DNA from: Polyangiaceae bacterium
Lineage (GTDB): Bacteria; Myxococcota_A; Polyangia; Polyangiales; Polyangiaceae
Length of the DNA: 64,000 nt
Direction of reading: 5' to 3'
Assembly (NCBI GenBank): GCA_965222375.1
Contig: CBDCTZ010000015.1
Span: 512,001 to 576,000 of the forward strand
Part shown: in pieces, positions 19,183-29,053 of the stretch
How the letters are laid out: each line of letters begins with the position of its first letter
How positions within the stretch are numbered: position 1 is the stretch's first letter
Notes under the pieces: generated by a model
Database searches by the model: none
What the model was told of the DNA's origin: nothing
Seen by the model: the letters and a program-made list of their open reading frames with translations, nothing else
Made by a program: the position numbers and the translations under genes

Positions 19183-20706
19183 TCAACCCGGGGAGAACTG
19201 AATCGGGTAGTTGACGGTCACGATGCCATCCTTCGGGGCCGGGAAGGACAGACCGTAGTAGGCGCTGACGACGCAACCGACCACGCTGCTGTCGGGCAGG
19301 TCGCTACCCGCGTTGGTGGCGTGGGACACTGCGCCATCGCGACTGATGACGAAGCTGACTGCGACGCGACCGGACAGGTTCGGGTTGCTGCGCAGGCCAC
19401 CCTCGTAGCACATGCGGAAGCGACCGTAGTTCTGGCGAACGATGCGCTGAATCACGTCGGCGGGCAGGGTGCCGCTTGAAACGGTGGTCTGACCGATCCG
19501 CATCTTGGGACTCTTGACCTGGTGACCGCTCGCGCCGGGCCGGCCCACGGAGTTGCCGAAGCCGTGCTCGAGGCCGCCGCATACGGTGGAGCCGCACGTT
19601 CCGATGGCGCCCAGGCCGATGCTTTCGCCGCGGAAGCCGCCGCCGGTACCGATGCCCGAAAGCCCCAGTCCGCCGCTGCCACCGCTCTCACCCAAGTCGT
19701 CGCCCCACATGTTGCCGTCGGCACTCATGGGGTCCGTACCCAGGGAGGTGTCCCGGCCCCAGGGCACCGTCGGGCCCGTGCTGCCGTTTTCGCTGTTCAA
19801 GATGCCGATCATGCCGAAGCTTCGTGCGTCCCGAAGCGCCTTCACACGGGCCATGTGCGGGTCCGGATTGTCCGCGGGACCGCGGGTAGCGGCTTTCTTG
19901 TTTCGGTCGGGTGCGCCGACCTTGCCCATCTTGCCAGACTCGCCCTTGGCGCCTTCGGCGTGGTCACTGGAACCGGGCAGGGCGTCCTGGTCCTTAGTCA
20001 TGTCTTCGGTTCGCTCACGCTCACGCTCGGAAGCCGACGCCAAGTACTGCTGGATGGCGTAGATGCGATCCTGGGACGTGCTGTCGTCCTCGGTCAGGCC
20101 CAAGGGCGGCACGAAGAAGGCCAGCATTCCCATCAGCGCACCGCAGAAGAGCGAGGTGGCGCCGAAGCTGATGGCGGTATTGTTGTCCGTGGAGCCGAAG
20201 ATGCGCCGCGCCGTTCGCTTGCCTGCGGTGACACCGGCGAGGCGAATCGTCAGCGCGCCCAGTTCCACTTCGCAGCGAGTTCCGCTGGTCAAGGGCAGCT
20301 CGGTAGCCTGGGAGGCTTCGGAACCTTCTGGTCCCCGAATCGCCAAGCTTGCGCCGGCGGGGACGCTCAGGGTCGCGACGCCGCTTCGAGCGGACACGAG
20401 TTCGTGGCGCTGGGTCGCTAGCGCTCCTTCGGGGACGGCGAAGTCCACATCGCCAGTTCCGATGCTGAAGCTCTGGTCGGCCTCCAAGTGGCGCACTGCG
20501 AGAATCGTGGTGCCCCATAGAATCGTGAGCTCAACAGCGCTAACGCCCTCGCGCTCGCACTCGGCGGCGGTCACCGCCGGGCCGGTCTGGACCATGGCGA
20601 AAGTGGACTCCTCGTCGCCGGAGGGAGCCGCAAGCCTGGACTCCCGGAAGGGGTTGTTCGAGGGGGGCTGGTTGAAGATAGACGGATCGAGACGGTGCTG
20701 TGCCAT
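19183..20706 (-). CDS. AgmX/PglI C-terminal domain (TonB-C-like, GltG/GltJ-like) membrane protein
   Basis: AGGAGG RBS; single TM segment; Gly-rich linker; VIQRIVRQNYGRFRMCYE.GL..NP.L.GRV...F.I...G.V ... YP..F C-terminal domain. Confidence 0.85.
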   Translation of the reverse strand: MAQHRLDPSIFNQPPSNNPFRESRLAAPSGDEESTFAMVQTGPAVTAAECEREGVSAVELTILWGTTILAVRHLEADQSFSIGTGDVDFAVPEGALATQRHELVSARSGVATLSVPAGASLAIRGPEGSEASQATELPLTSGTRCEVELGALTIRLAGVTAGKRTARRIFGSTDNNTAISFGATSLFCGALMGMLAFFVPPLGLTEDDSTSQDRIYAIQQYLASASERERERTEDMTKDQDALPGSSDHAEGAKGESGKMGKVGAPDRNKKAATRGPADNPDPHMARVKALRDARSFGMIGILNSENGSTGPTVPWGRDTSLGTDPMSADGNMWGDDLGESGGSGGLGLSGIGTGGGFRGESIGLGAIGTCGSTVCGGLEHGFGNSVGRPGASGHQVKSPKMRIGQTTVSSGTLPADVIQRIVRQNYGRFRMCYEGGLRSNPNLSGRVAVSFVISRDGAVSHATNAGSDLPDSSVVGCVVSAYYGLSFPAPKDGIVTVNYPIQFSPG

Positions 20707-20801
20707 GAGACTCCTCCTAAGGGGGGTGAGAGTTCGGTACGGCAGCGACGCTGGGCTTTCGGGGCTAGGTGCCCGTTCTCCATGTCTTGCCGATACAGAG
20801 C

Positions 20802-20831
20802 TTGAGACACGCCCTAGGGCTCAGAGGTTCC
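20802..20831 (-). promoter_or_regulatory. Putative ECF (RpoE-type) promoter
   Basis: Minus strand GGAACC-N17-GTCTCAA about 100 bp upstream of 19183..20706. Confidence 0.5.
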
Positions 20832-21037
20832 GAAAAATATTCGACTGCATGACGAGACACGGTGGAGAAGGCTAGTTACAGGGTGCTGTGCGTCTCGTGT
20901 GCGCACAACGCGCGCGCTTCTCGAACACGTCCAATCCTCGGGGCGAGGTCGGAGGGTGACTCCGGAACGGCACTTGCACCGTCCCGCGCAGATCATGGCC
21001 GCACCGTGGGGGTGACGGCCGATCGTAGGAGCTACGT

Positions 21038-21409
21038 ATGCAGTCCAGAACAAGGCAGATAGCCTTCGCAGCAGCATTCGCGAGTGCGCTCGGAGCCTGC
21101 GGCAGTGATGACGATTCGAAGCCGGGGGGGGCGGGAGGCGCCAGCGCAGCAGGCGGGAGCTCCGGTGCCACAGGAGGAGCCGCTGGCGCTTCCGGGTCAG
21201 GTGGCACCGGTGCCACTGGAGGAACCGCCGGCGCCTCCGGGTCAGGCGGCAGCTCGGGCGCCACGGGAGGAACCGCTGGCGCCTCCGGGTCAGGTGGCAC
21301 TGGAGGGGCTGCTGGCGCTTCCGGGTCAGGCGGCAGCTCCGGAGGAACCGGCGGCTCTCAGGCGGCCATCTGGGATCAGACCAGTTGGAATCAAAGCGTT
21401 TGGCAGTGA
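21038..21409 (+). CDS. Small lipoprotein: Gly/Ser linker ending in WDxxxWxxxxWQ
   Basis: AGGAG RBS, lipobox LGA-C, C-terminus IWDQTSWNQSVWQ. Confidence 0.75.
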   Translation: MQSRTRQIAFAAAFASALGACGSDDDSKPGGAGGASAAGGSSGATGGAAGASGSGGTGATGGTAGASGSGGSSGATGGTAGASGSGGTGGAAGASGSGGSSGGTGGSQAAIWDQTSWNQSVWQ

Positions 21410-21419
21410 AGCAGAGGAA

Positions 21420-21974
21420 ATGAAAATGGCATTAAAGAACTCTTGGAAATGGTTGGTCGCCCTCGGGGCTATATTCGTTCCGGCATCTCTGATGGCCGCC
21501 GTCACCGTCCCAAACTCGTTTACGGCTGGGACGCCGATTGTCGCTGCGGACATGAACGCGAACTTCACATCAATCAAGACGTTCGTCGACGGCTTGGAGA
21601 CGACTATCAACAGCAAGGCCGACGCGCCCGCGTCAGGGAAGTACGCCAATACGCCGACAGGTCGAGTCGCCTACGCATGGGTCTCCGACTCTTGCTCAAA
21701 GAGCACGGCGGCAAACTGCGCTTCGCTTTCGCAGTACCAGTACAATCCGAGCGGCGCGGCACCCACCAGCACGCGCACTGCCCTTGGACGCTACACGGTC
21801 AACTTCCCGAACTTGTCTAGCGCGAATTCGGGCAACGTGCAGGTGACAGCCTGGGGTGACACCACACATTCGTGCAAAGTCATCAATTGGGAGAAAGCAG
21901 CCGTGAACGTGCGTTGTCACACGACCGCTGGAGCAGACGTGGATTCTGCGTTTTCCGCTCTCGTAACGCGATAG
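21420..21974 (+). CDS. Secreted fibre/adhesin-like protein
   Basis: GAGGA RBS; Sec signal; VPNSFTAGTPIVAADMNANF then coiled segment and a beta-sandwich C-domain (GRYTVNF...VQVTA). Confidence 0.75.
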   Translation: MKMALKNSWKWLVALGAIFVPASLMAAVTVPNSFTAGTPIVAADMNANFTSIKTFVDGLETTINSKADAPASGKYANTPTGRVAYAWVSDSCSKSTAANCASLSQYQYNPSGAAPTSTRTALGRYTVNFPNLSSANSGNVQVTAWGDTTHSCKVINWEKAAVNVRCHTTAGADVDSAFSALVTR

Positions 21975-22194
21975 TAGCTCCGGGGCTTCACTCCCACGAA
22001 CGACGGACGTTGTGGGCGTCTTCATTCGTGGGGCGGCTCGCAAGTTGACCGGGGTGCCGTGGCATCGGCCCGCGTGCACGCGAAGCGCGGGTCGCTCACA
22101 AATCGAGCTAGCTCACGGCACTTTGGGTGGAGAGGTCGATCTTCACTTGCGGACACCCACTGTGTGGGGAAGGCTTCCCTCCCCCGGAGGCCTC

Positions 22195-24429
22195 GTGCGC
22201 ACAGCAAAACTGACCACCTTCGTCCTAGCCGCAGCGGCTTTTTCCAGCGCTTCGGGCGCCGTTTCGGCGGCCCAAGCCGGGGCGAAATCGGCGCCCCCCG
22301 CCGCGAAGCAGGTGGCGCATCAGGTCATTGCAGCCAGTGCCAGCCCCACGGTCGGCACCACCCAATTGGGCCGGGTCTTTTCCCAGGCTGGCCGCAACGT
22401 GTTTCGCTTCGGCCAGAGCTACTCCGGCTATCCGGTTTGGCAACGCGGCGCGAGCGTCACCGTCTCCGACTCGGGCACCCTCGTCGCCCAGCGGACCCAA
22501 TTCGCTCAGCACTTTGGACCGAGCACTCCAAAGCTCACCAAAGCTAGCGCAGCGCAGTTCGCGTCCATCGCCGGCAAGATCTCTTTCTCTGCCGCCGACG
22601 CCACCACGGTGTGGCTACCTCTGAAGACCCAGGCGCGCTTGGTGCACGCATTCTATCGCGGCGTCGTCGACGGCATTCCCTTCGCGCCTTTGGTCGTCGT
22701 GGATGCAGAAACCGGAGCGGTCCTGCTTCGGTTGAATGCGGTGCATTTCGATCGCCTCGCGACGGTGCACGAGAACAACCCGGAAGTGACGCCCGAACCC
22801 AAGCAAGTCATGCTCGAGGCCCTCGACCCCGGTGCAACGAACCTGGAGAACGCCACCTTCTCGGTCCAGAACTGCATCGACAAAGGCGAGCTATCTGGTG
22901 GGCAGTTCAGCATTCGCAAGTGCAGCTTCGAACAGAAGGCGATCGCGGACGCTCAAGGGGATTTCCCGCAGGTGTTCAGCGCTCACGACGAGCTCGAAGA
23001 CGCCTACGCCGAAGTGTCGATGTTCTATCACTTGACCAAGGCTTACGCCTACTTCGAGACGCTGGGCTTGAAGGGGCTCAAGAGCACCCCCGTGTCTGCG
23101 ATCGTCAACGTCCGCATGCCGGCGGGCTACTCCGAAGGCGACTTCCAGAAGATGCAAGACCCGAAGCTTCCCCTGGAACCTCTGGACAACGCCTTCTACT
23201 CGCCCCAACCGCCCTTCGGCCAAAGCGTTGGCCCCAAGGGCGCTAGCCTGTGGTTTGGCCAAGGGCTGGTCACCGACTTCTCCTATGACGGGGACGTCGT
23301 AGCCCACGAGCTTGGCCACGCCGTGGTGGACGCCACCATCGACTTCGTTGGCTACTTCCAGCTCGACAAGTACGGGAGCTGGCCCGCGGCGGGCGCGATG
23401 AACGAGGGGATCAGTGACTATCTTTCCAGCGCCGTTGCTGGGGATCCTCGGGTTGGCGAGTACGCCGCAAAGAGCTTCGTGGGGGCGGGAGCACAGAACA
23501 TCCGCAATCTGAGCAATTCGGATACATGCCCCACCGCGCTTGCGGGAGAGGTGCACGTCGACTCCACCGTATTCTCCGGCGCGTTGTGGACGGTACGCGC
23601 TGGTCTCGAACAGACCGATCAGTTCGTATTCGATCAAGTGATTTTCAACGCGATGGTGTCAGCACCGTCCGGCGACATCGATTTCGTCGATTTCGCCGAT
23701 GTCATCATGGCGGAGCTGAAGCTCTCCGGTTTGGACGCTAGTGTTGCGAAGAACCTCGAAAAGGAGCTCACCGACCGAGGCATTCTGCCCGAATGCGTTC
23801 GGGTGCTCGAGGTGGGCAAAGGCCCCGTAAACGGTCCATCATCCAAGTTCGCGGGTGCCTTCGTGGCGCCGGGCTTCGACTTGGTGCCCCTGCCCCAGGG
23901 AGCGCCCTACGTGCCCGGCGTGATGCAGTTTCGCCGCAAGCTGCCCCTAGGCACAAATCGGCTGAAGGTGCTTTGGTCACATCGGGATTCCCCCTACGAC
24001 TTCGGCGGCAGTGAGTACAACCCGGCTCTCCTGGTGCGCTTCGATGACCAGCCCATCGAATTCAGCTACGGCTCGACAATCGAGAGCAACGCGGAACTGG
24101 TGGAGGTCACCCGCGCCGGTACCTACTACAGCGCGGAGTGGCCCATCGGTAAGTCGATCGAGCATGTCACCGTGATGATCGTGAATCGGGGCGACACAGA
24201 CGGGCTGTACCGAAAATTCTCGCTGGTCGCGACCACCCCCAAACCGCCCCCGCCGCCGGGTAGCGGCGGCTTTGGCGGCTCGCTGCCTCAGGTACCCACC
24301 GGCGGCAACTCGGCAACCGAGGGGCTTTCGCCTGGGGGCGGTTGCATGCTGCAGTCGCGCAGAACCGACGGCAACATGTGGTGGCTGGCCGCAGCGCTGC
24401 TCTTCATGCGTCGCCGGCGACGGCACTGA
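22195..24429 (+). CDS. Zinc metallopeptidase (M4/M36 thermolysin/fungalysin-like) with MYXO-CTERM
   Basis: GGAGG + GTG 22195; propeptide; DNAFY, HELGH, NEGISD, GEVH motifs; GGGC-hydrophobic-RRRRR tail. Confidence 0.88.
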   Translation: MRTAKLTTFVLAAAAFSSASGAVSAAQAGAKSAPPAAKQVAHQVIAASASPTVGTTQLGRVFSQAGRNVFRFGQSYSGYPVWQRGASVTVSDSGTLVAQRTQFAQHFGPSTPKLTKASAAQFASIAGKISFSAADATTVWLPLKTQARLVHAFYRGVVDGIPFAPLVVVDAETGAVLLRLNAVHFDRLATVHENNPEVTPEPKQVMLEALDPGATNLENATFSVQNCIDKGELSGGQFSIRKCSFEQKAIADAQGDFPQVFSAHDELEDAYAEVSMFYHLTKAYAYFETLGLKGLKSTPVSAIVNVRMPAGYSEGDFQKMQDPKLPLEPLDNAFYSPQPPFGQSVGPKGASLWFGQGLVTDFSYDGDVVAHELGHAVVDATIDFVGYFQLDKYGSWPAAGAMNEGISDYLSSAVAGDPRVGEYAAKSFVGAGAQNIRNLSNSDTCPTALAGEVHVDSTVFSGALWTVRAGLEQTDQFVFDQVIFNAMVSAPSGDIDFVDFADVIMAELKLSGLDASVAKNLEKELTDRGILPECVRVLEVGKGPVNGPSSKFAGAFVAPGFDLVPLPQGAPYVPGVMQFRRKLPLGTNRLKVLWSHRDSPYDFGGSEYNPALLVRFDDQPIEFSYGSTIESNAELVEVTRAGTYYSAEWPIGKSIEHVTVMIVNRGDTDGLYRKFSLVATTPKPPPPPGSGGFGGSLPQVPTGGNSATEGLSPGGGCMLQSRRTDGNMWWLAAALLFMRRRRRH

Positions 24430-24589
24430 AGCTCACCAAGAGCGTGCTGAGGACCCGACTTGCTAGGGTTTTGGATGTCAACAGAGCTGCGATGGGGCGG
24501 AGAGGGCAGTCACTTAGGTGCCCCCGCACGCATTCGCCTCAGGTGCGCCAGACCGGTGATCGAAACGGCAAGAACCGCGGCATCGCTCC

Positions 24590-25645
24590 TCAGGGCAGAG
24601 CTGACAAGAAATCGCTGACGCCCTTGATCAGCCCCACCGCGAGAGGAATGCTCGGGTCGGTGTAGGCCGCCTTCTGCTGGAAGTAGTCCCAGGTCGATTG
24701 CTTGAGGGTGTGGGACATGTTGTCCACCATCAGCAGCTGTGCATCAGGTTTGGCAGCGACGAGGGTTTGTGCATGTTCGACGCTGACCTGCCGGTCCGTC
24801 GTGCCTTGCACGACTAGAGCAGGCACTTTCATTTTCGGCAGCTCCGAGGCCGGATCCCACTTCGCCCAAGTGATCATGTAGGGCTGGATTTCGGTAGCCA
24901 GCACTTGGTCGAGGGGAGGTGCCAAGGGCCCGGGCAAGACGCCGGCTTCCAGATCCGCGATGGCCTTGTTCAGCTGGGAGAGTTGGTCCGGTGTCAGCTT
25001 GTCCTTAGTCTGCTCGATGATCAGTTGCCCGACAGGTCGCCCAGCCCCGGCCAGGGATACCAAGCCGTCGATGGGGGTCTGCTGGTGCGCCAGAATGCCG
25101 GTCAGCGAACCCTGGCTGTGCCCCGCAATCACGACCTTCGGGAATCGACCATCTTGACGTAGCAGCTGAACCCAGCGCGCCGCATCGCGGACCTCCAGAT
25201 CGAAAGTGAAATCCTTCAGCGGCGGCGCCGCGCTCACGCTTTGTTTGACGCCGTGATCGTCGAAACGCAACGTCGCAACGCCGGCAGCCGTGCGTAGCCC
25301 TTCGGCCAACGCTTTGTACATATCGGTCGTAGCGCCGTACGCATTACCATCCCGGTCCTGGCTTCCCGACCCCGACAGGAAGACCACAACGGTATCCGCG
25401 CAGCTATCCGGGATCTCCAAAACGCCCCCAAGGGAGCCCAGGTCGTTTTGCACGCTGATGGATTCAACACCGGGGTCGGGGCAGACGAGCTGGCCGCCTG
25501 CGCCGCCAGACGACGTCGCGCCAGCTGCACCGGCCATGCCTGCGGCTCCAGCGGCTCCACCGCCACCGCCACCCGCGCTTTGGGATTCACTGCCGCAGGC
25601 CAGGACGAATAGACAAAGTGAGAGGAACAGCGCCAAGCGAGTCAT
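24590..25645 (-). CDS. Alpha/beta hydrolase lipoprotein
   Basis: Lipobox VLA-C; GSG..DRDGN, GHSQG nucleophile, QG..D.QV, MSH.LK. Confidence 0.88.
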   Translation of the reverse strand: MTRLALFLSLCLFVLACGSESQSAGGGGGGAAGAAGMAGAAGATSSGGAGGQLVCPDPGVESISVQNDLGSLGGVLEIPDSCADTVVVFLSGSGSQDRDGNAYGATTDMYKALAEGLRTAAGVATLRFDDHGVKQSVSAAPPLKDFTFDLEVRDAARWVQLLRQDGRFPKVVIAGHSQGSLTGILAHQQTPIDGLVSLAGAGRPVGQLIIEQTKDKLTPDQLSQLNKAIADLEAGVLPGPLAPPLDQVLATEIQPYMITWAKWDPASELPKMKVPALVVQGTTDRQVSVEHAQTLVAAKPDAQLLMVDNMSHTLKQSTWDYFQQKAAYTDPSIPLAVGLIKGVSDFLSALP

Positions 25646-25720
25646 ACCGCGGATTTAGCGACTAACAGCTGCAGTCGCCATTGATACGATGGGACAGTGC
25701 CGGCCCCAGGCACCGTCGAG

Positions 25721-26608
25721 ATGCTCCTATCCCACCGCGTCCATCACCCGCCGCTGGCGGGCGCAAGTCTGGAGTTGCACCGCGCAATTGCTCCAGACCT
25801 GGTCATGCGAGGCGTGGCATTAGAGCGGCTGACCCAAGACGAACGGCTCAACATCGCACCCGTGCGCGGTGACCGCGCTCGCATCATTTTCGTCCTGCAA
25901 GGAGAGCTGTTCGCGTTTCGAGGGGAGCAGCTCCACCGGGTTCGGCCGGGCGAAGCGTTGTTCGTGCCGCGGTTGGGGGACATTCGAACTCGCGGCAGCT
26001 CGACTTCGGCACTCGAGCTGGACATGGACAGCAGTGAGTCACGCTCACCCCTCCAACTATTCCATCTCAGTGACGACTCCAACGCGGCGGTTCAGGCGCT
26101 GTACGTGGCGCTGAGCGAGGCCAGCAAGAACAGCCGCGACGCGGTCAGACAAGCCGCCCTGCGCGCCCTGGACGGGTTCGCGAGCGACGGGATCCCACTT
26201 TCACCCGAATGCGCGAATTCTCTCCACGTGGAGCCCACGGAGGACGAACAGAAGCTCTGGGCGGCGCTGGACCAAAGCTTGGAGCGTTTGGATCGCCATC
26301 CGGACTTGACCGATCTCGAAGCGCTCACGGGCTGGACCCGGCGCACCCTGAACCGACGCATTACCGCTCTGTCCGCGAAGTATCGCATGTACATCGGCGC
26401 CGAAGACTGGCGGACCCAGCGAGATTTCTACCGCCAGATCGTGGCGGTAGTGCTGCTGTCCCACCCGGATGCCTCACCGCAAGTGGTGAGCGAGCTAGTT
26501 GGCTACCGTTCGGTTGCCGCGTTGTGCCACGCGTTCCAACGCGCGGGGCTGCCGGCGCCAAGTCAGGTATTTGGTCTACTCCGCCAACTGGAGCCTCCGG
26601 CTTCGTAG
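25721..26608 (+). CDS. AraC-like transcriptional regulator (cupin + degenerate HTH)
   Basis: Cupin-like FVLQGE...VRPGE; C-terminal VSELVGYRSVAALCHAF HTH; divergent from the hydrolase; start uncertain. Confidence 0.65.
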   Translation: MLLSHRVHHPPLAGASLELHRAIAPDLVMRGVALERLTQDERLNIAPVRGDRARIIFVLQGELFAFRGEQLHRVRPGEALFVPRLGDIRTRGSSTSALELDMDSSESRSPLQLFHLSDDSNAAVQALYVALSEASKNSRDAVRQAALRALDGFASDGIPLSPECANSLHVEPTEDEQKLWAALDQSLERLDRHPDLTDLEALTGWTRRTLNRRITALSAKYRMYIGAEDWRTQRDFYRQIVAVVLLSHPDASPQVVSELVGYRSVAALCHAFQRAGLPAPSQVFGLLRQLEPPAS

Positions 26609-26786
26609 AAGGCGAGCGCATCGTCGAACCCTTTGATGGCGTGGCTCGAGCAGGCAGCCGAGACGAGAACTCAGCGTGCCAGTCCGGGCTCCGACATGTG
26701 CGGATTCGGCACGGAGGTCAGGATGTGGTCGCTAGGGACATCAACATGCCACCGCATGCTGGCGGGCTCTGGGAGCTCCGTGCTTT

Positions 26787-28805
26787 TCAGTCTCGCTCGA
26801 TGGCACCCATCGACGCCAAACCCTTCTTGCGAACGGTTCCGAAGGCGTCGTAGGGCACTTGTTTGAGGTCGGCGCCGGCATTCTTGACCGGTGAGTTTGA
26901 TGAGAGGTCGAATTCGCTCAGGTTGGTCTTGGCGAATAGCGGATCAGCTGACGTGTTCCCCATGCCGGTTGGTGCCTGGCCATTGCTGGCCCAAAAGTCG
27001 AAATAGTTGTTGTGGGTGGGTTGCTCGTCGACAGTCTGCTGCTGAAAGCTGTGCGTGCCGATCAAGCTGAACAGGTTGTTTGTGATGACGAGGGATTGAC
27101 AATTCGTGGCCGGGCTCCGGTTGAACAGTTGCTTGGCGCCCACGATGGTATTGTTGAGAATGTAGTTGTTCTTCATCTCGACTTTGTTGGTGCTCGAAGT
27201 ACCGAGGCGGACCACGGCTCCCGCTGTGTTATGAAAGATGCAGTTACTGACGACGTTCCCTTCCATCAACTGTCCGTAACCGCCGTCCTCGGTGGTGTCC
27301 AAGAAGGTGATGAAGCCGTAGTAGGCACTTTCTTGGTCCCTCGACTGGCAAGCGTCGACGTGATTGAAACTTGCGCCGTCGCGAAAGACAACGCCTCCGC
27401 TAGTGCTTCCGCCGCTCTTTCCGTCCATGCGGACGTTTCGAGCGAGGTTGTGGCGAACGTTGCTGTGCCGAAATTCGATGGCACCGTTCACGTTCTTGAT
27501 CGTGCAGTCGTCGATGAGGGAGTTCTCAACGGGGAACGCAGCGCTGTCGGCCTTGAAAGTGAATCCATGCCCTCCGTGACCAGGTTTTGGGGCTTTCTCG
27601 GCGTGAAGTTTGCGCCACACCATCTCGCGTCCAAAGTAGGTCACAAACATGTAGTCAGTGTCCCACTCAATGCTCTGTGAATTGTTCGAGTAACTGCGAC
27701 TGTTGTAGATGAAAGCGTGGTCTCCATCGATCCAATAGTTGGTTGTCGAAGCGTTGGCCACGTAGCTGTTAATCACTTGAATCTGGCGAACGGTTGTGGC
27801 GCTGGTGCTGTTCTTGCTGAGCGTAATGAGAAAGCCAGCGCCGCCCACTTTTTCGGTTCCGAGGTCGGCCAGCGCGACGTTGTCGAAAACCAGGCGGTGG
27901 GCCCCCGCCGAATAGACAGCTCGGATCCCCCACTTGAAGTTCTTGGCTTGGATGCTCTTGACGACCACATCGTGCTTGCCGTTCGTCAGGTCGAGAAAGG
28001 TCCCCTTTGCGCGGTCCCCTCCGTCAAAGAGTGGCATGTTCGCTTCGCTCAAATCAGCAAAGGCAGCCGGGTGGAAACCATCGTGGTCCAGGTCTCCCGC
28101 TTCATCGCGGTAGCCTTGGTAGATGATAGGGTTGCCGGGCGTGCCCGACGGAGGCTGGGGCAGGGGGCCGCTGTACGCCCCGCGACGAAAGTTGACGCGG
28201 TCGCCGGGCTTAATCGAGGCGGACGAGAGCTGACTCGCGGAAAACGGCTTCTCGAGGGAACCGTCGCCAGAGCCTGTAGCACTTGCCGTCACGTACAAGT
28301 TCTTTCCAGCACCGCTGGCACCGCCGATGAAGGGCATGGTGTTGATGACGAGTTCCTTCTTGAACCAGCGGACTCCTTGGAGATCGCCTGCCGCTTCATC
28401 GTAAGTCACAGTGACAACCTCACCGTAGACGATCTTGTCGGAAACAGTGCCTTCCAGGATCGGCGTTCCGAAGCCGGCGACACTCACAAAGGAATTTGAT
28501 CGGGTGCCGTGAATGGCGAACCCCTTGTTAGTTCCTTTCACGGGACCGTTGAATACGAGAGCAATGGTGGTTGGACTTAGGGTCTTGGCCGAGAGCAGTT
28601 GGACATGGGCGGCGTTCTGTCCCTGACCTCCGGCCTGACCGCCAACGCCGGCAGTTCCGCCGCCGCCGTCGCCGCTAGAACCTGCCAAGCCAGCACCACC
28701 GCCGATCCCCGCGGTGCCTCCGTTGGTTGATGATGCGGGCTCTTCAGCGTCTTGTCCGCAACCGACCGAAACCAAACTGGCCACGATGATTCCCCAACGC
28801 CACAT
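26787..28805 (-). CDS. Right-handed beta-helix (pectin-lyase-fold) lipoprotein with choice-of-anchor-Q-like tail
   Basis: Lipobox SVG-C; YVT..G.GDGS..KP motif; Asn-rich beta-helix; DPLF...F.L...SP..NAG...MGAIE tail. Confidence 0.8.
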   Translation of the reverse strand: MWRWGIIVASLVSVGCGQDAEEPASSTNGGTAGIGGGAGLAGSSGDGGGGTAGVGGQAGGQGQNAAHVQLLSAKTLSPTTIALVFNGPVKGTNKGFAIHGTRSNSFVSVAGFGTPILEGTVSDKIVYGEVVTVTYDEAAGDLQGVRWFKKELVINTMPFIGGASGAGKNLYVTASATGSGDGSLEKPFSASQLSSASIKPGDRVNFRRGAYSGPLPQPPSGTPGNPIIYQGYRDEAGDLDHDGFHPAAFADLSEANMPLFDGGDRAKGTFLDLTNGKHDVVVKSIQAKNFKWGIRAVYSAGAHRLVFDNVALADLGTEKVGGAGFLITLSKNSTSATTVRQIQVINSYVANASTTNYWIDGDHAFIYNSRSYSNNSQSIEWDTDYMFVTYFGREMVWRKLHAEKAPKPGHGGHGFTFKADSAAFPVENSLIDDCTIKNVNGAIEFRHSNVRHNLARNVRMDGKSGGSTSGGVVFRDGASFNHVDACQSRDQESAYYGFITFLDTTEDGGYGQLMEGNVVSNCIFHNTAGAVVRLGTSSTNKVEMKNNYILNNTIVGAKQLFNRSPATNCQSLVITNNLFSLIGTHSFQQQTVDEQPTHNNYFDFWASNGQAPTGMGNTSADPLFAKTNLSEFDLSSNSPVKNAGADLKQVPYDAFGTVRKKGLASMGAIERD

Positions 28806-29053
28806 GCTTTGATGCTAGCCCGGCCCAACACCTAGGCAAGTTACGAATCGGGCAGCGCCCGATTCGTACACCCGAACACGACGGCACGTCTGCGAATAAC
28901 TTCGTTGCCGTGCAATTCCACGCTCCGCGGCAATGTACACGGACCGCGACCCACCCGCTGCGCTCGAGTTGGTCGGGTTGGAGGCAGGAGCCAGGTGCTG
29001 CCCGCGCACGCCCCTACTTGAAGCACACCAATCCATCCCCTATCGTTTGAATC

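Noticed and set aside
21420..21974. Prophage
   Set aside because: The protein has a Sec signal and no capsid, terminase, portal or integrase genes occur in the window
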